DNA of 64,000 nt from an uncultured bacterium (lineage in GTDB: Bacteria > Oederibacteriota > Oederibacteriia > Oederibacteriales > Oederibacteriaceae): contig OZ218778.1 of assembly GCA_965112635.1 (NCBI GenBank), positions 1,888,001-1,952,000 of the forward strand, written 5' to 3'. The translations under genes and the position numbers were made by a program. The first letter of the stretch is position 1; each line of letters begins with the position of its first letter. A model generated the notes under the pieces. The model did not search any database. It was not told the origin of the DNA and was given only the letters and a program-made list of their open reading frames with translations. Of this stretch, positions 46,326 through 54,192 are shown in pieces.

Positions 46326-47627
46326 GTGAAGGAGCCGATCGTCATCGTCGGGGCGGGTCTGGCCGGCCTGTCCACCGGCATCCATCTGGGCGGGAATAAT
46401 TGTATCTTGTTCGAAAAAGAGGAGAGGCCCGGGGGCCTGTGCCGGACCGAGAGGGTTAAAGGGTTTTCTTTTGATTACGCAGGACATTTCCTCCACTACG
46501 GAACGAGCGAGGCCAAGCATTTAGTCAAGCGTTTCCTGGGCGCCAACCAGGTGGCCAGGGAACGCCAGGCCTGGATCTACTCCAAAAAAGTTTTTACCCG
46601 CTATCCTTTCCAGGCCAACACTTTCGGCCTGCCCGACCCGGTCATTGAGGAATGCCTCAGCGGCCTGCTGGAAGCGCAGGCCCAGGCCAAGAGAGGCAAG
46701 CGGTTCTCGAATTTTAAAGAGCAGGTCCTGAAAACTTTTGGACAAGGGATCGCCAAACATTTCATGCTCCCCTACAATGCCAAGCTTTGGCGCGTTCCCC
46801 TGGACCAGCTGACCTGTGAATGGATGGGCCGGTTCGTGCCCGTCCCGTCCCTGGAGGAATTCCTAAAAGGGGCGGTGGGTAACCAGGAGACCAGGTTCGG
46901 GTATAACGCCAGGTTTTGGTATCCCAAAAAAGGGGGAATTGAAGCCTTAGCCAAGGCTATGGCCGCAAAACTTCCTTACCTGAAATGCGGCTATTGTTTG
47001 ACCAAACTTTCGGTCAAAAACAAGACCATTGAGTTCAACGGCCGGCTGCTGGCGCCCTTTGACCAGCTTGTTTCCACCGTGCCCCTGGTGGAGCTGGTCC
47101 GCAGTCTGGAGGACGCGCCCAGCGCGATACGCACGGCTGGCACAAAACTCCGCTGGAACAAACTCGTGGTGGTCAACCTGGGGACGAGCAGGCCGCTGGT
47201 CCACGATAAGCACTGGGTCTATGTGCCGGAAAAAGAGTTTGTCTTTTACAGGGTCGGTTTTCCCGGCCAGGCAGCCCCTGGCCTGGCTCCGCAGGGCCGC
47301 GGGTCGGTCAGCGCCGAAATATCTTTGAGCCCCTCCAGCAGGGTCGACTTGAAGGCCTTAGAAAAACGCGTGGAAAAAGATCTGGGGCGTATGGGTTTGC
47401 TGACCGCAAAAGACAGGGTCCTGGCCCGTGCTTCCATGGTTATTCCCTATGCCTATGTTATTTATGACAAAGAGCGTCGCCAAAGCGTGGATTTAATCCT
47501 AAAATACCTTAAAGAACATGGTATCTTTTCTATTGGCCGCTATGGAGCCTGGGAATACTCGGCCATGGAAGACGCGCTCCTGAGCGGCAAGAGAACGGCA
47601 GAGAAAATTTTTAGCAGGAGAGGTTAG
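46326..47627 (+). CDS. FAD-dependent oxidoreductase resembling UDP-galactopyranose mutase
   Basis: IVGAGLAGL, EK..RPGG, FDYAGH, YPFQAN, FMLPYN.KLW, F.YP..GG, GRYGAWEY. Confidence 0.75.
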   Translation: MKEPIVIVGAGLAGLSTGIHLGGNNCILFEKEERPGGLCRTERVKGFSFDYAGHFLHYGTSEAKHLVKRFLGANQVARERQAWIYSKKVFTRYPFQANTFGLPDPVIEECLSGLLEAQAQAKRGKRFSNFKEQVLKTFGQGIAKHFMLPYNAKLWRVPLDQLTCEWMGRFVPVPSLEEFLKGAVGNQETRFGYNARFWYPKKGGIEALAKAMAAKLPYLKCGYCLTKLSVKNKTIEFNGRLLAPFDQLVSTVPLVELVRSLEDAPSAIRTAGTKLRWNKLVVVNLGTSRPLVHDKHWVYVPEKEFVFYRVGFPGQAAPGLAPQGRGSVSAEISLSPSSRVDLKALEKRVEKDLGRMGLLTAKDRVLARASMVIPYAYVIYDKERRQSVDLILKYLKEHGIFSIGRYGAWEYSAMEDALLSGKRTAEKIFSRRG

Positions 47628-47630
47628 CCG

Positions 47631-48572
47631 ATGAAGTGTTTAGTGACCGGCGCAGCGGGTTTTATCGGGTCCCATTTGACCGACCGTTTGCTGGAGCAGG
47701 GCTGGGAGGTCGTGGGAATGGACAGCCTGACCCCCTATTATTCCCGCCAGCAAAAAAAGGACAATCTGAGCCTGGCCAGGCAAAGCAAGAAGTTCAAGTT
47801 CGTCCAAAAGGATGTTTTGAAAGCTGACCTTAAAAAACTTTTGGACGGCACCGCTTGCGTGTTCCATCTGGCCGCCCAGCCAGGTGTTTTAGCCAGCTGG
47901 GGAACCAATTTTTCCACCTATATCCGGGACAATGTGCTGACAACCCAAAAGCTCCTGGAGGCGGCCAGGGACAGCAAGATCAAGAAATTCGTCTACGCCT
48001 CCTCCTCCTCGGTTTACGGCAACAGCCCTTTGCCGATGAGGGAGGACGGGGTCACCCGGCCTTTTTCACCCTATGGGGTGACCAAACTGGCCGGTGAGAA
48101 TCTGGTGCAGCTTTACCATAAAAATTTCGGGGTGCCTTCCGTGTGCCTGCGTTACTTTACCGTGTTCGGGCCCAGGCAACGACCGGACATGGGGTTTTAC
48201 AAATTCATCTCGGCCATTTTGAGAGGGAAGAAGATCATCCTCTATGGGGACGGGCGGCAGTCCCGTGACGTGACCTATGTCGGGGACGTGGTGCAGGCCA
48301 ATTTGCTGGCCATGCTGACCAAAAGAACAGGGGAGATCTACAATGTGGGCGGGGGCAACCGCACCACGGTCAACCAGGTCATCAGGATGATGGAAAAACT
48401 GACCGGCCGCAAGGCGGGTGTCACCAGGATCAGCCGCCAAAAAGGGGATGTCCTGGATACAGAGGCCCACCAGGCCAAGAGCAGGAAAGAGCTGGGGTTC
48501 CATCCCCAGGTCGGGCTGGAGGCGGGCTTAAAGAAGCAGGTAGCCTGGATGAAAGGGAAGATGGCCGTATAG
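47631..48572 (+). CDS. NAD-dependent nucleotide-sugar epimerase/dehydratase (UDP-glucuronate 4-epimerase-like)
   Basis: TGAAGFIG, HLAAQPGV, SSSSVYG, YGVTK, RYFTVFGPRQRPDM. Confidence 0.9.
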   Translation: MKCLVTGAAGFIGSHLTDRLLEQGWEVVGMDSLTPYYSRQQKKDNLSLARQSKKFKFVQKDVLKADLKKLLDGTACVFHLAAQPGVLASWGTNFSTYIRDNVLTTQKLLEAARDSKIKKFVYASSSSVYGNSPLPMREDGVTRPFSPYGVTKLAGENLVQLYHKNFGVPSVCLRYFTVFGPRQRPDMGFYKFISAILRGKKIILYGDGRQSRDVTYVGDVVQANLLAMLTKRTGEIYNVGGGNRTTVNQVIRMMEKLTGRKAGVTRISRQKGDVLDTEAHQAKSRKELGFHPQVGLEAGLKKQVAWMKGKMAV

Positions 48573-49748
48573 GTGGCAGCCGCAGACAAAAGCCCCAAAA
48601 AACTAAAGGTCATGCACCTGATCACCAAGCTGGAATTAGGCGGGGCCCAGCAGAACACGCTTTACTGCGTGGGGCATCACGACCGCCATCTCTTTGATGT
48701 ATCCCTGGCCTGCGGTAAAGGCGGCATCCTGGACCCTGAAGCAGCCAAGATCCCGCGAGCAAAGATATTCTTCCTGGATTGTCTCAGGCATCCCATCCAT
48801 CTATTCTATGACCTGGTTGCTTTGTTCAAATTGAGGGCGTTATTTAAACGCGAGAAGGTGGACATCCTGCACACCCACAGTTCCAAAGCCGGCATCCTGG
48901 GCAGGATCGCCGGAAGGATGGCCGGTGTACCGGTCATCATCCATACCTTTCATGGTTTTGGCTTCCATGATGAGCAGTCTTTTTTGGTACGGAAATTTTT
49001 TGTAACGCTGGAACGCTGGACCGCGAAATACAGCCAGGCCCTGATCGCAGTCTCCACCCAAAATGTGAAAAAGGGGCTGGCCAACAAGATCGGCCAGCCC
49101 AGGCAATACACAGTCATCCACAGCGGCATCCCGCTCCGGGAGTTCGTCAAAGCCAGGAGCGGCAAGCTCCGCAGAGAGATCCGTATCTCCCCGACAACCC
49201 CGCTGGTGGGCATGGTCGCCTGCTTGAAACCCCAAAAGGCGCCTGTTGATTTTGTGCTGGCTGCCGCAGAGGTGCACCGCCAAAGGCCGGAAGTCCAGTT
49301 CATCCTGGCAGGGGACGGCGAGCTCAGGCCGGAAGTGCAAAAGGCTGTCCGTGACCAGGGGTTAGGCAAGGTCATCCGCCTTTTAGGCTGGAGGCGTGAT
49401 GTGCCTGAGATCATGGCTGACCTGGATATTTTAACCTTGAGTTCCTTGTGGGAGGGCTTGCCCCGGGTATTCCCGCAGGCCATGGCCTGCGCTAAACCTA
49501 TCGTGGCGACCGCCGTGGACGGGGCCCTGGAGGCGATACAGAACGGCCGGCAGGGTTATCTGGTGCCGCCCCATGAACCCAAAGCTCTGGCCAAAAGAAT
49601 CGTCGACCTTGTGACTAATCCCGGTTTGGCCAAGCGGATGGGACTTAGCGGCCGGACCAAAGCACTCCAGGAGTTCGACATACAAAAGATGGTCAAGGAT
49701 ATCGAGAAGGTGTATTTGAAAGCCTGGAAGCAGGTCCGCGGCCGATGA
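48573..49748 (+). CDS. GT4 glycosyltransferase
   Basis: GGAQ, HTHSSKAG..GR, HTFHG, K.P..F, WEGLP....QAMA. Confidence 0.9.
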   Translation: MAAADKSPKKLKVMHLITKLELGGAQQNTLYCVGHHDRHLFDVSLACGKGGILDPEAAKIPRAKIFFLDCLRHPIHLFYDLVALFKLRALFKREKVDILHTHSSKAGILGRIAGRMAGVPVIIHTFHGFGFHDEQSFLVRKFFVTLERWTAKYSQALIAVSTQNVKKGLANKIGQPRQYTVIHSGIPLREFVKARSGKLRREIRISPTTPLVGMVACLKPQKAPVDFVLAAAEVHRQRPEVQFILAGDGELRPEVQKAVRDQGLGKVIRLLGWRRDVPEIMADLDILTLSSLWEGLPRVFPQAMACAKPIVATAVDGALEAIQNGRQGYLVPPHEPKALAKRIVDLVTNPGLAKRMGLSGRTKALQEFDIQKMVKDIEKVYLKAWKQVRGR

Positions 49749-51976
49749 ACTTACGGGGAAAACGCAGGACCCTTCCAAAGAAATTTTTCAGCTCCGAGAG
49801 TTCCAAAGAGCTGTTTCTATACCTGGGCATGTTCGTGTTTGTGGTCCTGTTCTTCGCACCTTTGTGGTTAAGCCAGCGTGTTGTTTGCTTCGGGGATGTT
49901 TCCAGGTTTTACTATCCCCTTAAATTTTTCGCGAGCAGCGAGCTCCAGCAGGGAAGACTGCCTCTTTGGAATCCGCATCTTTTTTGCGGGACCCCGCTTT
50001 TGGCCAACCTGCAGACCGCTATATTCAGCCCCTTGAGCCTGATCTGCTATCTTTTGCCTTTCCCGCAGTCGTTCAATTATTACCTGGTCGCCCATTTTGT
50101 CCTGGCCGGATGGTTCATGGTGCTGCTGCTCAGGAGCTGGCCGGCCGGAAGATTGGCCAGCCTCATCAGCGGAACGGCCTATGTGCTGGGAGGTTTTTTT
50201 GTTTCCTCCCTGCACCTGGTCAGCACCCTGTCGGCCATTGTCTGGGTGCCGCTGGCTGTGTTTTTTTTCAGGCGTCTCATCAGCCGGCCGGGATTTTTTA
50301 ACCTGCTTCCGGCAATGGTCAGCTGCGGGTTCGTATTTTTGGGAGGAGAGCCGACGGTTTTTCTGGAAACCTTCGGCCTTTTATTTTTTTACGCCTTGTT
50401 CAGCTCCACGGCAGCCCCAGAGCGACCGTTCCGTCAGTTATTTTTAAACCTGGGATGGCTGGTGGCGCTGGGGGCCGGGTCCCTGATCGTCATTTCCATC
50501 CAGTTGTTGCCGTTCCTGGAGCTGGTTGGGCAGTCCGTCAGGGGGAACGGCACGCCTGTCCAGGACGCCCTGGCTTGGTCCATCCCGCCAGCCCATCTTT
50601 TGACCCTTATTTTTCCGTTCCTTTACGGCAACCTCATTGAGCCCAACCAGTATCATTCCAGCCAGTTGTGGCTCAATAGTTTTTATCCGGGAGTCGCCGT
50701 GCTGTGCCTGGCTTTGCTGGCGTTTTTTTACCGTGAAAAGATGGAAGCGGCCTGGTTGTGGATCGTCGCCCTTTTGAGCGTCGAGATCTCCCTGGGGATC
50801 TTTACGCCTCTGTATCCCGGGCTATACAGGAATCTTCCGTTTTTTAATTACCTCCGCTATCCGGTCAGGTTCATTTTTTTGACTTCGTTAGTTCTGCCGA
50901 TCCTGGCCGGCTTGGGATGGGACGGCGTGATGGCGCTCAAGCCAAGGGACAGGTGGAAACCGGTCATGGCCCTGGCGGCCGTGCTGGTCCTGGCCGTGTT
51001 CCTGCTCATCATCCTCAATTGGTTCCAGGGGGTCAGTTTTTCCCTGGCCTGGAGAAGCCTGGGCATTGTCTGCGGGGTGATCCTGGCCCTGCTCCTGGCC
51101 ACGAAGAGCAAGGGGGCGTTCTTGGCGGGGTGCCTGGTCTTGGGACTGGTGTTTTTTGATCTCTTGAGTGTGCACGAGAGCGCCTATCAGACGGTCCAGG
51201 CCGGTCTTTTTACAGACCCGCCGCTAAGCCGATCCAAACTGACCAAAGAGGGAAGGCTGTTCCTGGACCGGTCCGCCGAGGAAAAGGGGGCGGTGATCTA
51301 CGGCCGGACCTACGATGAAGCCCTGGGGCAGGCCAAGAACTCCTATTTTACCAACCTGGGGCAGGTTTTCGGCGTGGATTACGTCAACGGCTATGATTCT
51401 TTGTTCCGCAGGGACACGCAGTTGTTCCTGGAGAGGCTGCGGCAGGATGACGACAGCCAGAAGTTCCTGCTCAATCTGGCCCACTGCCGTTATATCGTGA
51501 GCGCCAGGAAGCTGCAAAGCAAGGAATTTGCAGAGGTCAGCCAGAAACCGCTGTTCATCTACGAGAACCTGGCCTGCTGGCCAAAAGCAACTGTCGTCGG
51601 CGCCCAGAGGCAGGAAGGCGGTAATCTCATCCTGGATTGGAAAGAGCGGCAGGCCGTGGGAACAGCGGAAATAAAGCAGGATGATCCCGATAAAGCAGTG
51701 ATCGAGGCGGACCTGAAAAAAGCAGGAGTGGTGATCCTGGGCGAATCGTTCTATCCGGGATGGAAGGCGGAGGTGGATGGGGTAGAGAGCGCGATTTACC
51801 GGGTAGAAGGGGTGTTCCGCGGGGTTTTGGTCCCGGTGGGCAAGCATAAAATCGTTTATTATTACAGGCCAGGTTTATTTATTATTGGATCGATTGCCAG
51901 TTATTTAGCCCTGGCCGCAGGATTGGCCTTAGTTCTTATAAGAAGGTTATTACATAATACTAAACAGCGGGGCTAA
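49745..51976 (+). CDS. YfhO-family GT-C membrane glycosyltransferase
   Basis: D....YYP, LPLWNP..FCG.P, RYP.RF, ESFYPGWKA.VDG, VP.GKH.I.Y.YRP. Confidence 0.85.
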   Translation: MNLRGKRRTLPKKFFSSESSKELFLYLGMFVFVVLFFAPLWLSQRVVCFGDVSRFYYPLKFFASSELQQGRLPLWNPHLFCGTPLLANLQTAIFSPLSLICYLLPFPQSFNYYLVAHFVLAGWFMVLLLRSWPAGRLASLISGTAYVLGGFFVSSLHLVSTLSAIVWVPLAVFFFRRLISRPGFFNLLPAMVSCGFVFLGGEPTVFLETFGLLFFYALFSSTAAPERPFRQLFLNLGWLVALGAGSLIVISIQLLPFLELVGQSVRGNGTPVQDALAWSIPPAHLLTLIFPFLYGNLIEPNQYHSSQLWLNSFYPGVAVLCLALLAFFYREKMEAAWLWIVALLSVEISLGIFTPLYPGLYRNLPFFNYLRYPVRFIFLTSLVLPILAGLGWDGVMALKPRDRWKPVMALAAVLVLAVFLLIILNWFQGVSFSLAWRSLGIVCGVILALLLATKSKGAFLAGCLVLGLVFFDLLSVHESAYQTVQAGLFTDPPLSRSKLTKEGRLFLDRSAEEKGAVIYGRTYDEALGQAKNSYFTNLGQVFGVDYVNGYDSLFRRDTQLFLERLRQDDDSQKFLLNLAHCRYIVSARKLQSKEFAEVSQKPLFIYENLACWPKATVVGAQRQEGGNLILDWKERQAVGTAEIKQDDPDKAVIEADLKKAGVVILGESFYPGWKAEVDGVESAIYRVEGVFRGVLVPVGKHKIVYYYRPGLFIIGSIASYLALAAGLALVLIRRLLHNTKQRG

Positions 51977-52037
51977 GAGGATGTCATGAAAATCCTTTTA
52001 GAATAGGGATTTTTTCAGTTCTTATCAGGCTCTTTGC

Positions 52038-52068
52038 TTGTGAGCGGAACTTTTTATGGCTATAATTG
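52038..52068 (+). promoter_or_regulatory. Promoter TTGTGA-N17-TATAATTG upstream of the cargo array
   Basis: TTGTGA at 52038-43 and TATAAT at 52061-66. Confidence 0.7.
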
Positions 52069-52140
52069 TCTAATATTATGTAAAATTCGAACTTTTTATT
52101 AAGCAACTGTTGAGAAGAGTTAAGAAAAGGAGATTAAAAG

Positions 52141-54138
52141 GTGGCAGGCTTTTCGAGGCAGGTTGCTTTCACAAAAAAACTTGGTCTTTTCTTTGTGTTT
52201 TTACTTTTACTTCCCTCCTTAGCCAGCGCCTATATCGTGACCGCGGACCTGGAAATATACGGTGATGACCACGCGCAATTTTATATTAACGGAAATCTGG
52301 GGGGACAGACCGGCTGGGATTTTGACCAGCCCACCAATTATTCCACAGCTGACGGAACTTTGGATTTGAACTGGTTTCTTCCCGGCAACCCTCTAAATCT
52401 TCTCGCAGCCGACAATCCGCCCAATACTTCGGGTCCGCAGAACTTGTCGTATCGATTGACCGTCCATTATTCTGATGGCACCACGGCGGTGGCCTGGAGC
52501 GATCCCACCACCGCAAAATTCATATATATACAGTGGCCCCTGACCCCTCCCCCTGGATGGATGAACCCGGGTTTTAATGATTCGGGGTGGTCAGCGCCCT
52601 TTGATTTTACGCCCAACGATGGTTCAGGCCAGTATTATCCCATGCCCGACCCCAGTAATGTGCCCTGGGATTATGTGCCTATTTTGTCCAACTCGGCCAC
52701 CACCCAGCCTAACCCCAGCGGCAGTCAAAATCTCTATAGGACTTATTTTAATTTTCCTGGTTCGGGCATTAATCTATCTAAAAGCTCCAATGTGACCGAA
52801 ACCGCTACAGGCCAAACCCTGAACTATACTCTCAATATAGGAACCCTGAACGATACGACCAGCACCATCACGGTCTATGACACAGTGCCGGCCGGCACGA
52901 CCTATGTCGCTGGCTCGGCGAACAATGGAGGGACTTATAACGCTGGGGACAACATGGTTACATGGAATTTTAATTTGACCGGACAGGTCAATTTCCAGTA
53001 TGCCTATTCCGATATCAGTTCGGTCATCAGCGCTCCGGGATGGACCAGTCCCGCTAGCGCCGTTGGTTTGACCACAGGCGCTTTTGGGGCCTCGTTCCCA
53101 TCCGGCGTGGGCAATACGGGATGGTTCCAGGTCGCGCCGTTCAATGTAGTTAATCCAAATCAATACATCATTGCCGGGGTCATTTTCCATAGCACTGTGG
53201 AGGATAAAGGGAGCAGCGGGGTCATCAACCCGATCATGTTCAATTATTCCGTGGACGGGACCGATAATCCGTACCTGGCCCAGGGGGTAGATGTCGAGCG
53301 CGAGACATTTCAAAATACTTCCGTAGACGGCTATTATGACGCGACCGCTGACAGGAGCTGGACCTGGGCCGACCTGAATAATCTGCGTGTTAGTTATTAC
53401 GATGACATTACGGCTCCGGCCGGAGATACGATGTCCCTAGACGGGCTGGAGGTCGTGATCAAATACTACCTGCCTTCCGTAGTGCCGTTCGGGTTCAGCG
53501 CGCTGGTGACCATCACGGCGAACTGCCCCGGGCCCACCACGATCGATAATACCGCGATGCTGCAAGGGGTCAGCCTGGTGGCCACGACCTCCAATGACGC
53601 CCAGGCGGCCCTGTATTGCAACACCACCAACACCAACACGCCAACCATTACGAACACCTCTATCTTTACGAGTACGGCTACTCCGACAATCACCGGGTCT
53701 GCCACGGCTACTCCCACCATCACCACCACCGCGACCAATACCGTGACCGGAAGCAGCACCGTGACCCCATCACTGACTGTAACCTCGTCCCAGACTTTTA
53801 CGCCCAGCCAGACAATGACCTCTACCCTGACCTTCACGCCGGTGCCTTCCATTTACATTTATCCGAACGTCTTTAATCCTGATAAGGGTCAGAAGCTGAA
53901 GTTCTGGGGCATTCCTCCTGCCAGCAAGGTTTCCATCTACACTTTGACCACCGAACTGGTGTGGCATAGCGACCTGTCGCCCAACAATAACCTGCTGCTC
54001 ATTTGGGACGGCAGGAATATGCAGGGACAGGTAGTGGCCACTGGATTGTATTTCTATGTCCTGGATATGTGGGACAGCCCCTTGCAGCGCCGGCACATCA
54101 AGAAAGTGGGTAAGATAGGCATCCTCAGAGGCGAATAG
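52141..54138 (+). CDS. Secreted protein: head X (jelly-roll-like plus split DUF11), Thr stalk, short C-terminal sorting-like domain
   Basis: Close paralog of the 21179 head; tail YPNVFNPDK..KFWG...WDGRN..GQVVATGLYFY...IGILRGE. Confidence 0.85.
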   Translation: MAGFSRQVAFTKKLGLFFVFLLLLPSLASAYIVTADLEIYGDDHAQFYINGNLGGQTGWDFDQPTNYSTADGTLDLNWFLPGNPLNLLAADNPPNTSGPQNLSYRLTVHYSDGTTAVAWSDPTTAKFIYIQWPLTPPPGWMNPGFNDSGWSAPFDFTPNDGSGQYYPMPDPSNVPWDYVPILSNSATTQPNPSGSQNLYRTYFNFPGSGINLSKSSNVTETATGQTLNYTLNIGTLNDTTSTITVYDTVPAGTTYVAGSANNGGTYNAGDNMVTWNFNLTGQVNFQYAYSDISSVISAPGWTSPASAVGLTTGAFGASFPSGVGNTGWFQVAPFNVVNPNQYIIAGVIFHSTVEDKGSSGVINPIMFNYSVDGTDNPYLAQGVDVERETFQNTSVDGYYDATADRSWTWADLNNLRVSYYDDITAPAGDTMSLDGLEVVIKYYLPSVVPFGFSALVTITANCPGPTTIDNTAMLQGVSLVATTSNDAQAALYCNTTNTNTPTITNTSIFTSTATPTITGSATATPTITTTATNTVTGSSTVTPSLTVTSSQTFTPSQTMTSTLTFTPVPSIYIYPNVFNPDKGQKLKFWGIPPASKVSIYTLTTELVWHSDLSPNNNLLLIWDGRNMQGQVVATGLYFYVLDMWDSPLQRRHIKKVGKIGILRGE

Positions 54139-54192
54139 GCTTGGCCGTTCCTCCTGGGTCAGAGGTTTGTGCCCTAAAGACTGGCGCAGAAG

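Noticed and set aside
51988-52016. Possible terminator AAAATCCT...GGGATTTT after the YfhO gene
   Set aside because: Weak AT-rich stem with a long loop; not enough support to list as a feature.
52038-52048. TTGTGAGCGGA matches the lac operator half-site
   Set aside because: No second half-site or vector context; explained by the shared -35 box.
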